Shown: positions 53,191-64,000 of the stretch, piece after piece
How positions within the stretch are numbered: the stretch's first letter is position 1
Layout of the letters: every line of letters begins with the position of its first letter
NCBI RefSeq assembly: GCF_006345805.1
Contig: NC_042998.1
Span: forward strand, 199,950,001 to 200,014,000
Length of the DNA: 64,000 nt
Direction: 5' to 3'
Source: Octopus sinensis
Lineage: Eukaryota
The notes under the pieces: model-generated
What the model was told of the DNA's origin: nothing
The model's input: only the letters and a program-made list of their open reading frames with translations
Databases searched by the model: none
Made by a program: the position numbers and the translations under genes

Positions 53191-55016
53191 GTGTGTATAT
53201 ATATATATATTATATATATATATATATATATAAGCTTCCTAAGGATTCACATTTCACACATTTTGCTTACAATACGTTGACAAACTAATGGTATGTTATA
53301 AGAAATTTGATCAAGTTGCTGTTTAGTGATTCGAATTTGTAAATACGTGATTGTAAAGCAAACACCATATATGCAGAGATATGCCTACACCTCAGTATCC
53401 CAAATAGTCAATTCAATCAATAGTAACACTCCTATTTAACATCACATTTGCTCTAAAGTAGTGAATCCTTATACGAGTAATATAAATCTGATTTGTAATA
53501 GATTCAATCGGATTTCAATATGAAATGTGAACCAAGAATTGATTCTATATTTGTTATACTATAAATAACATATATATTACATATTTATTCGTTCTCAATA
53601 TCATTCTGCTAGATTCGTAGATGAATATTCCGATCGTTGTGGTTTTCTTTCATCAGAGGGTATCACAGCTGCTAAAACGATGTGTGTACCTAACACGCAA
53701 ATCAGTGATATTGCCTGTTTGAGATACAACGGTATTTGACCACTGTCTCTTCAATCAAAGCAGCCCATCACGAAACAATTATCTAAGAAGAGTACTGGCT
53801 CTTGTTTATGGAAATCACTATACAGTTTATTTACTTACGTAAGCTGATAATAATTCATGCTATGCATGCATGGATTATAAATTTTTCATGATTTTTCGGA
53901 GGTTTCTGAATAGGACACATTGAATTTCGTAAGTTTAGAAATTATAAATATTTAATCATACGAGGTCAACAACAATTCACTCGTCACATTCAGTGCTAAA
54001 TATCTAATGCAATTGATTTCCTTAATTTTGTATTCCTTCCACATTTTGACAATTTAACCTAGTGTTAAATTTACATTACAGTTCAATTTCAGTTTTCATA
54101 AGTTTTCATTTTTTCTCCTTTAGGAAGATGCACCTCGAAGATACGCGTTCGAAGAATGTTATATAATAACAATATTATTTTATATGAAAAACAAACGCTA
54201 AATATTTGAAACACAATACGTTTTAACCATTCTCAATGTAGTTAGATAGTCTGTATCCATTTATATTATACACTAGTCGAAATACAAGAAATATAACTGC
54301 AAGCAAACTCTAAATAGAAAATTTAATGCTATTAAAGACATTCTATTGTTGCCAGTCCCCTTAATACGGCTATCTTAATTATATCAATTACAGAAGTCTG
54401 ACTAAAAATCGTTGTTAATTTCTATCTATCAAATCATATAATTAGCAGTAAAGGCATTACGAAACACTAAGTATTCTACGCAGAGAGACCAAATCCTAAC
54501 TGTGCGTCAATGGGAGGCAGCTATTCTACTAGTTTGAACTTTTCAATTAATTTGAAGCATCATCGATCAAAATAGTTTCATTTCAATTACTAGGGAGGAG
54601 CTTGTCCATTTTTCGATGTCAGCGTGAACGAAATGAATATAATTGATATCGGTTCGATACTTATTCACATCTAAGATTTAATTATGATAATCAGTACTCT
54701 ACAGGATAACTTAAAATTCGTTTAATTGTCTTTCTGTTTACTATTTTGTATCTTGATGGACTGTATGTTTCTGAACATTAAAACCAACTTTGAGAGTAGT
54801 GGTATTTGCAAAAATATTTATTTTAATTTGGAGGAGGATTTGTATGACTTGGAAAAACACATTTTGGACCATCAACCATATTTTTTCCTAAATCCTTTTT
54901 TCTGACTTTCACAACTGGACACATATTTCTGTACAACGAAAATAGGAATCTCAACAAGTATACGGATGAGAAAAGTGAGCTACCGTAGTATTTGTGTATA
55001 TATATATATATAAACC

Positions 55017-55056
<40 letters not shown>

Positions 55057-55300
55057 TAAACAATATTTTATAATTATGAGTATAATTATAATTAGGGTTT
55101 CAGCAAAAATTTGCTTTACCACATACCGAACATTAGAAATAGCAGCCAAAGAACCTTAACTATTTCCCGGTAGTTTCTTCTTATGGTAGAAGAAATAGCT
55201 AAGGTTCTTTGGGTGCCATTTCTAAAGTTCGGTATGTGGTAAAGCAATTTTTTGCTGAACCCTAATTATAAATATACTCATAATTATAAAATATTGTTTA
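55057..55300. mobile_element. 244-bp foldback element (arms ~110 bp, ~25-bp loop)
   Basis: 55057-55166 is the near-exact reverse complement of 55192-55300; TA at both ends. Confidence 0.85.
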
Positions 55301-56771
55301 AGTTTACAGATAAATGTTCCTTTTAACATGCCGAATACTACTTGGTGGAATTATTAATTACTAGTTAATTAATTAATTTTACCCTTTATTATTATTGATA
55401 TATATATATATATATATATATTCTTGAAATAGAACGTTACTATTGAAAATATTATAACATCATATCGTAAACATAAAACAGTTTATGAAAGTCACTTACA
55501 AATATGAATCATTAATGTTCCGAATTTTCAAATTTGAGTTTTGAATATATAATTAGTTATTTAGCGATTTAATTAGTTATTGAAACGTTCCGTTTCCACT
55601 CGATATGAGTGATCAGCAATAACTAGCATGCCGAGAGTAAATAGGGTGATACTTTCTTAACACTACATAATAAATTTACGTGTATTAAATTAGTAGAATT
55701 AAATTTTCGGGTATCTACATTTGAAAATAAAAAAATCTTTGCAAGCTGAATTTTCAACGATCTATTCATTAAATAACCAACATATTTCATATTAGATATG
55801 TTCATAAATGGAAAAGAGTTATAGGTAAATAGTGTGGTATCTGATAAGATTTTGTTCGCAAACTTTCTTTTTAATATCCTATGCAAACATTTATGGATAT
55901 ATGGACATATGAGTGTTCGGCTGTAGCTTAACGCTTTTTGAATAAGGCTATAAATACAGGGAAAAAATTAAGAGTATTTATCTTTCATTTAAAATAAAAC
56001 ATTTGTCAGAGAAAGATACGTATAATTTCCACATTTTTAGATGGACAAGTGTTTAATAGGTAAATACAGCTTCTATAAAGAAGTTGTCTGACAGAATACT
56101 GGGAATCAGCTTTACTCTCTAAACCGCGTGTCATGTCCCTCATTAAGCGTGTTAGCAAGACTGTGGCGTTAATTCAGTCCACTTCAATTACAAGCCGATG
56201 AATCCGAGGTTCATATATATGTTCATGTATGTATGTACGTACGTATGTATGTATGTATGTATGTATGTATGTATGTATATATATTTATATATATACACAT
56301 AAACAGGTACAGATACATACATACATACATATATACATATGTATGTGCAACTGCTCGGAAACTTTCAGCTCTTATATCGGGATTATAAATTCACATTTAT
56401 GCCAAGCACATACGTACCAATTTGGTGGACACAGATTTGTAATTAAATGCCTAGGTAACAATCTAGTGAAGCTGGGATTCTCAGTACAAGAAATCACCCG
56501 GCTAATCCGCATATTCCAAACACAGTCTGTTCTCAAATATTACTTTCTTTTGTTTTCTACATTTAAAAAATAGCTTTGTATTCTGTTAGCAACCAGCTCC
56601 TTCTTCAGAGGCAGAAACGAAATCATTAGAAAATAAAATGTATATAGGTGTGTGTACGCGCGCACTTTATGTGTGCAGATAAGATTTACTAATGCTAAAT
56701 TGAAAGCGACATGGCGCACACAAATTCACAAGGTTTGCACTTTTCAATTTATACATACATTCATTATCTGG

Positions 56772-57009
56772 ATCCCCGTCCGGTACGACAACGAGTGTTT
56801 TAGTTGATCCGGTCGACGGAGGAGCCTGCTCGTTAAATTAATGTGGAAGTAGCTGAGTACTCCACAGACGCAGGTACCCTTCTCATAGTTCTAAGGGAGA
56901 TTCAGCGTGACAAGTGAGACAAGGCTAGTCTTTTGAATTAATGCTACAGCTCATTTTTTGCAAGCTGAGTGAACTGGAGCAACGAGAAATGATGTTTACT
57001 GCTCAAGGC
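56772..57009 (-). mobile_element. SINE family D, old, 5'-truncated
   Basis: Colinear with 15741-16073 from the CORE-like region to the tail. Confidence 0.8.
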
Positions 57010-57099
57010 TAAAGCGCCACACATACATGCATATATAGATGCATACATACATATATGCATACAAACATACATACATACAGACAGACAGACAGATAGATG

Positions 57100-57130
<31 letters not shown>

Positions 57131-57131
<1 letters not shown>

Positions 57132-57375
57132 TGTTTCTTTATTAACCACACAGGGCTGCACACAGACAGGACAATATTACAAGGTAGAGCTTTTCTTTTG
57201 GGGGTAAAAGAAGGGGGTTTGATTTTCGATCAAATGGGATCGTAAATGGAAAGTGGACCAAAAAAGGGGGGGGGATAAAATAAAATTTTAAAAAAAAGGG
57301 AAGGTGAGGAAAAAAGAAGGGAAAGGAAAAAAATTGATCAATAGGGATCGTTATCACAGAAATGTCAATATGAAG
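57131..57375 (-). mobile_element. Retroposon 3' end sharing the family C tail
   Basis: Terminal GTCCTGTCTGTGTGCAGCCCTGTGTGGTTAATAAAGAAA resembles the family C tail; the upstream pyrimidine-rich body is unrelated to the SINE. Confidence 0.5.
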
Positions 57376-57798
57376 ATAGATAGATAGACAGACAGACAAA
57401 CAGATATGCACATACAGCATCGATTCAGGATGAAACTAGTTTTAAATTCTTACTCAATACTAATTATGGTAAACCTATATTTCGCTGTTTGCAAGAACTA
57501 GAAACAGAGGTCAGATATTTCATGGATCCATTCCAATCCGTGAAATGATATAGTTACACGTAAATTCAGCGCCAAGCAATGTTTAGCCGTAAGCGAACAT
57601 TAGATTACTTAACATGTGTTTATGACACTTTTCAACTTCTAAAGAATCCTACAAGAGCCAACACTGGGCAGATATTGTGTTTACTCCTTTTACCATAACA
57701 GAGAAGTTTTCTCCACGATAGTTGTAGTGAAGTGAATTTGCTTTTAGAAGCTGAAACATCTCACCAACACATTTTAATGCATGAATGTGAGCGCGTGC

Positions 57799-57843
<45 letters not shown>

Positions 57844-57849
57844 TATAGT

Positions 57850-58000
57850 CAATAATAAAAGGGTAAAATTAATTAATTATTAATTAATAATTTTACCAAG
57901 TAGTGTTCTTATAGTAGAGGAAATAGCGAAATTTTTTGGCTGCTATTTCTAAAAGTTCGGTGTGTGGTGAAGTTAATTTTTTTACTGGACCCTAATTATA
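57850..58000. repeat. Rearranged relative of the 55.06-55.40 kb element
   Basis: 57850-57908 matches the reverse complement of 55333-55397; 57906-58000 matches 55178-55270 directly. Confidence 0.8.
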
Positions 58001-58134
58001 TAACGTAATGTTTTAAATAAATAACTAAATAAATATATAAATATATATATATATAATATATATTAATAAATAAAACATATGCATATATATACATATATGT
58101 ATGTACCTACCTCTACATTTATATATACACGCAT

Positions 58135-58308
58135 ATATGAGTACAGGACACCAAAAAAACGTCGAACACAATGAGAAACGAAAACATAGACACAAACCCA
58201 AGGAACTGGACATTTTTCTTAAACAACAAAAAAATAGAGTACAGGACAAATAACACAAGGAAAAACCCCTTCAGTCGCCATGGTTTCATCTACTCTACGT
58301 TTCGAAGG
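58135..58308 (-). mobile_element. PLE-derived repeat fragment with the 3' half of a hammerhead
   Basis: Minus strand (TA)n-TTCACCTTCGAAACGTAGAG.. followed by a pyrimidine-rich tract; the CUGA half is absent. Confidence 0.4.
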
Positions 58309-58348
<40 letters not shown>

Positions 58349-58584
58349 ACAAAGTGAAGGTGTATGGTACCGCACGAGTGGAAATATGTATGAAATAAGG
58401 TATGAAATTGTAATTTTAAAAGATGTTTGTTCACTTGACCGGTTTCACTTTTTTAGAAAAAGATTGTCAAAAGTAAAGTGTAAAAGCTTTGTAGTGTTAG
58501 GTACTGGTTGTCACAAAATATTACAATACATATATACATTCTTTGATAATAATAAGAAAGGGTTAAAACAGTTTACAGGAAAAG

Positions 58585-58844
58585 TCTTGAGAAAATATTA
58601 AAAAGTTCGTTAAAAATATTAGGATTTCATTAAAAATCACGTTCGTTTGGAAGTATCTATATATATATATATATACACAGAAAATTATGAGTTCAAAAAG
58701 TTCATATTTTGGTGGTATATGACCTTTTGGGACTTATACTTTTCTGTGTATATATAGAGATACTTCCAAACGAAGATGATTTTTAATGAAATCCTAATAT
58801 TTTTAATGAATATTTTTAACGAAATTTTTTATATTTTCTCAAGA
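58585..58844. mobile_element. 260-bp foldback palindrome
   Basis: TCTTGAGAAAATAT..CATAT-tttggtggt-ATATG..ATATTTTCTCAAGA. The arms differ by (TA)n length and a 13-bp duplication in the right arm. Confidence 0.85.
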
Positions 58845-60687
58845 AAAACAAATGGAAAACATGACATGTAACATAAAGAACGACCTTTTATCACTTGTCG
58901 GCTGTTTTATCTACTCCACATTTCGAGCAAGTACGGCAAGAGGCATCTTCAAGAAAACATTTGCTTCCACAAAGCAAATTAAATTTGGGATTTCTCTAAT
59001 TCTTTTATCTCCCCTTCTCCTCCTTTCGTTTTCCCTCTCGCATTCTTTCTCTAATTCTTTTCCTCTTCTCACCGTTCTCTATCAGTCCCTCTCTCTTTCT
59101 CACTATTCCTCCTTTACCCACTCATTGCTCACACGCGACCATCGGCCATCTTTCTTTTCCTAACTTGAACTTATTTCTTTCCTTTTGATTTGCCACACAG
59201 ATCACACGCATTCTTGTCTGTCTCCTGCCTTTTCTCCTGTCAAAACATGTTCCTCTAGCGTTCGCCACCTCACCTCGTTATAACTTAGCAACCGTTACTG
59301 TTTGTTGTCACTGTCTTGTTTTCTATTTGTTTTTTAGTTGTTTGCAAAAATAGTTCGTATTCCATGATTTCGTATCTCATGTTGTGTACATTTTAGGACG
59401 TCCTCTACCCATATATGGATGTGTATATACGTTTATATGTATGTACACATATGCATATGCATATATATATGTGTGTGTGTATGGATGTGTATATACGTAT
59501 ATATGTAAGTATGTACACATATGCATATGTATATATATATGTGTGTGTGCGTGTGCCTGTGTGTGTATGTGCGTGTGTATTTACTCCCAATTATTACTTT
59601 CCTAATCTAGATTTTGTACAATCTACTCAGTATATATGAATGGTATCAATTGTACGCGATATGTATTCTTTGGTATAATCTACCCGTCCTAAATTTTTCA
59701 AATACATAATTTTTCAAATGCATACTTTTTTAAAGTAAGAGTAACATATGCTATCTTGAACTTTTTTCAATAATTCCTCCACGTTCAATGAGGTCAATGT
59801 GTTTAAGGTTATATTCTACTGTGTATTACAATGATTCCTATACTTTTATTGATAGTTATGTAGAGGAATGTATTATTTCAAATTCGCTCACATCTTTTAA
59901 AAACTCTTTTGAAACTTTTGAAGTAGTTGTGGTATATAATGAAAGTTAGGTATTAATCACTTTATGTTAATTATAAACTTATAATCCTCTTGAATACAGA
60001 AGCGATAACGCTTTGTACATCGAGTGGTAGAATCATTAGACTGATCTCAGTAAACTAATCGTGTTTATTCAATCGACGCTCAGGAAACTAAATACAGAAT
60101 CGTATTTAAACCAAGACGCATAAATAGAAAACATTGAAACAAAATATTGTGATGGATGTAGTTCGATGCACTCAAGTTTCAAAGATATTCTAACCCATCA
60201 TACGTTTGCAGATTAGAAAATAACTGCATTTTCATGTAAATGTTCATACTTACGAAGTTTATATTTGTTCGTACTGGACGCTGATTTGTCGACATTGTCG
60301 GTCTAATGTTATCAGACATTGACATCTGAAGATTTTCCTCTCCTCCTTGTTTTAATTTTCGTAATGCATCAATCTAAATAAAAAAGATTTTAAAACAAAT
60401 ATATATAAATTCATTGTTGCAATACAATAAAATAAAAGTCGAGATGGCAACGTCGAAATTAGTTTATCGTTATTACGAAATATTGTATAAATATCTCTTG
60501 TTTCTCTCTTTAAGCACCTAATTTTCATTACTCTGTTGTCCAGCTTCTTAACGTAAAATCAAACTTAATTTTCAGATGTACTGTTTGTCGACACGTGAGT
60601 GTTACATGCTTGATTTAAAATAAAATATCTCTCAGTGAAGGAAAGCTTAAATTTTTAGATAGACAGGTGCTTTATATTTGAACGTAG

Positions 60688-61071
60688 GTGGAGGCGCAAT
60701 GGCCCAGTGGTTAGGGCAGCGGATTCGCGGTCATAGGATCGCGGTTTCGATTCTCAGACCAGGCGTTGTGAGTGTTTATTGAGCGAAAACACCTAAAGCT
60801 CCACGAGGCTCCGGCAGGGGATAGTGGTGATCCCTGCTGTACTCTTTCACCACAACTTACTCTTACTCTTACTTCCTGTTTCTGTTGTACCTGTATTTTA
60901 AAGGGCCGGCCTTGTCACTCTCTGTGTCACGCTGAATATCCCCGAGAACTACGTTAAGGGTACACGTGTCTGTGGAGTGTTCAGCCACTTACACGTTAAT
61001 TTCACGAGCAGGCTGTTCCGTTGATTCGGATCAACCGGAACCCTCGTCGTCGTAACCGACGGAGTGCTTCC
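60688..61071 (+). mobile_element. SINE family B (full length) with 12-bp TSD
   Basis: A box TGGCCCAGTGG, B box GGTTTCGATTC; TSD ATTTGAACGTAG at 60676-60687 and 61072-61083. Confidence 0.93.
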
Positions 61072-61138
61072 ATTTGAACGTAGACTCTATAAATAGGTCG
61101 TCAGAGAAAGTTTTGGGAATAAGCTTTTATATTTTTTA

Positions 61139-61904
61139 TTTTAATTTTACAGTTGGTGATATAGCAATATTAGCTGGTTAAATTGACCGACACGTATTTC
61201 TGCTGCGCAGAGTATCTACAGTTGAGCATACAAAACCGCTTAGTCTGCTATGAAGCTACATTCAGTCTTTCAACAAGCGTGGTTTGAGGCGAACTGAGTT
61301 AATTTGTTCATGGCTATTTCCTTATTCTAATCCGTTTAATGTACACATGGAAGTGAAGGGAGATATGTTGAAATTTGATACGGCTATAAATTTTATTTAG
61401 GCGAACTTCAAGTTGGCACCAAAGCCAGGGCGCAAGCTTGGAGTTGTGTATACATTGAATCAGATCAAAGAATATGTGAGTGTTCTAATAGGCTTTTTTC
61501 ATTATGTTAAAGATTGGATAGACTTGATATTAAACTTAATTTCATTGATGGAGTTCTATCAATGTATTTTTATTTTTTTATGATGTCCATTAGGAAGGAC
61601 ATAAAAAGTTGAGTTTTAGGTTATGCGTAAGGTACCGTATCTGTATGTGTTACTATGATTAAAAAAAAACAGAAAGGAAAGGAAGATATATTAAGTTATT
61701 ATAACGATGCTTAGTTGAAAGTTAGGCCAGATAATAGCTCGACGAATACCTCTATAAATCAGCACCGCCTGTTTGTGTATAGGATATCAGCTTACAAGAT
61801 ATCTGTAAGCTATCCATACAAATTTTCCGTACAGGTGTAAACATCTCACGTGTCGGTCAATTTAACCAACTAATTATGCTTTACGATCAACTGTAAAATT
61901 AAAA
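61139..61904. mobile_element. Non-autonomous DNA transposon with ~57-bp TIRs
   Basis: TTTTAATTTTACAGTTG..GGTTAAATTGACCGACACGT (61139-61195) is inverted at 61848-61904; the interior is non-coding. Confidence 0.75.
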
Positions 61905-62119
61905 GAAAAACTTAATGACGTACCAATCGTCGTGTTTTTTGGAATTACTTGAAAATTGCACTCCTGATAAAATTAAGAATTACAGGAGAGATGATTCATA
62001 CTAAGCGATGGGTAATGTGTATTATTACTTAATGTGGCCAACCGTCTCCTGGAATATACTTGAGAGCTACTACGGTACACGATCGGGTAATTTATTCATG
62101 TTTTCTCACCACATTTGTA

Positions 62120-62394
62120 TATAACTTATATAACTTAGATAACTTAGATATGTTTCGACCAAAGATTGGTCCAGGCCATGTCTAACTTAATAGCACCACA
62201 TGATAGGATTATTCGAATCCTGTTTAAGTCAAGTTTTGTTTAAGTCAAGTTTTGTTCAAGTAGTGAGTTCTTGTTGGGTGAGTTGTATCCAATTATGGGT
62301 GGCTTATCTGGTATTCTTTGAAGGAATCTATCCAGACTCCGTTTAAAGTTGATGGGATCCTTTTCCTCTTTGATCTCCCTCGGGACAATGTTAA

Positions 62395-62396
<2 letters not shown>
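62120..62396 (-). mobile_element. CR1/L2-group LINE 3' end
   Basis: FNIVPREIKEEKDPINFKRSLDRFLQRIPDKPPIIGYNSPNKNSLL matches the CR1-type FN.LP..FK..LD.FL..IPD.P..GY..NSL terminus. A 3' UTR hairpin GACCA-atctt-TGGTC and a (CTAAGTTAT)-like tail follow. Confidence 0.78.
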
Positions 62397-62431
<35 letters not shown>

Positions 62432-64000
62432 CACATATATTCACACATAGAAATACAAATATACACACAATTTTTAGTATTTTATTCGTTTAACCCAATG
62501 CAGTATCTTTCTGTATTTCATATTTCCTAAACGAGAAAATGCGATATCATTCTCACAGATTTGAGATGTTTCCCTTGCTGCATTGCAGGTTCATCTCGCT
62601 TCTTACATAATCGAATGCTGAGGTGCTGTTTAAAGGTGCTGCTTTATTCAGCATTAGGATATTATATTTCATAGCACGCGAAATTCGAGATCTGTAAAAG
62701 ATCTGCTAAGGTACGTTCTACTCGTAACTTCAAGCTGAGAAATCGGTAATACGACACTAATTGTCGTTGCAAAGATTCTTGCGATATCCTTTGTCGACAA
62801 TTACTGCAAGTTCCTTCAGGATATTTACCATTTCTTAAAGTAATGTGTTGTTGATTTTTTTCTTAGTTGCGTCCTAGCCAATAGCAGTACGATGTTATGA
62901 CATTTGATCTTTGCATCTGCGCAAACACAAACACCCAGGCGCGCGCACACACACACTCAAATACACACACATATGCCAGTACGTATGCATATGCACACGT
63001 ACACCCGGTTACACACAAATATATGTATATGTATATTTATATGCGCATGTATATATGTATATATATATATATATATATACATACATATATGTATACATAT
63101 ACATATACACACACAGACGCACACACACATATATGTATATATATATATACATATATATATATGTATGCATGTATGTATAAAGGTGTATATATATACATGT
63201 ACATATAAGCACCTTTATGTGCAAACATACATATACACATGCGAGCGTGTGTTTATATAAATGTATATATTCGCACGCACACACACACACACATATATAT
63301 GTATGACACTATGTAGTGCAGAAAGTTTCTTGTTGTGAAACACAAAAATATCATAGAGATGTAATAATACATCAGTTTTATTTAGTAAACCATCACAATC
63401 AATATTAAGATTCCTTTCATTTTATCTCCCAGTCTTTGTTTGTGTATATTTATTCTTAATAAAATTTTATCTGCAAGATGGCCGCTTTCATTTTTCTCCT
63501 TTTCCTTGTAGAAGTATTAGAAGTATCTAAACATATCCAGTGACGGCGATAAATTCAGCTTGAAAGTGAAAGCTGCTCAAGTGTGGATTACTTGTAGGAA
63601 ATATGTCAATATAAGTTATATCTGGCTGACACTGAAGTATCTAGCAATGTGTTACATTAAGAGTATTTCGACACAACTCAAAAAAAAAAGAAAAAAAAAG
63701 GAAAAAGATTTTCAGAAAAATATACAAGTATAAGAGAAAATATAGGTGAAAATCAGATTTACCTATTTTCTTAGTGGGAACTTGGAATTTAGCTGATGTT
63801 GTTTCTATAATATCATTCTGTCTGTCAATACTTTCTATTTCCACCTCAAGATTTTTCTTTCACGGAGTCTCACACATTCTTACACATTCGCTTTTTGTAT
63901 TTGTCCCTTTCTTCATATCTTAATCATACACACACACATACACACACACACACTCGTAGACACAGACCATATCTTCTTGCATTGTATAAGTTATGGAGTT

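Noticed and set aside
54100-54200. Strong polypyrimidine acceptors at ~54123 and ~63511
   Set aside because: Downstream frames close quickly and no partner exons are identifiable.
60688-60770. tRNA-Arg-like sequence
   Set aside because: This is a SINE head continuing into the SINE body with a TSD, with no proper acceptor stem; the same holds for the other SINE heads.
62150-62180. GACCA/TGGTC-GAAAC as a hammerhead
   Set aside because: No upstream CUGANGA; better explained as the LINE 3' recognition stem-loop.

Overview
AT-rich, repeat-dense animal genomic DNA, most likely Octopus or a close cephalopod (inferred from the tRNA-derived SINE families and microsatellite load). I cannot support any host protein-coding exon. 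The long ORFs in the track are microsatellite read-throughs, SINE read-throughs or transposon remnants. The window holds four recurring SINE families (called A-D here), a non-autonomous Helitron, a full-length but dead mariner (43274-44542), two Penelope-like element (PLE) remnants, LINE 3' ends (CR1/L2, RTE, R4/Dong, L1/Tx1-like), several foldback or TIR elements, and several tandem duplications bounded by microsatellites or microhomology. The strongest unusual signal is at 42362-42715: two perfect 112-bp inverted arms, each encoding a complete type I hammerhead ribozyme fold pointing outward. Further minimal or decayed hammerheads lie at about 20.2, 32.6 and 58.3 kb. A second notable pattern is the (A/G)GGTATTT motif, which links the junctions of a headless 3 x 184-bp SINE array to the target-site duplication (TSD) of a solo copy. 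All family assignments are from pattern recognition and need a repeat-database search.
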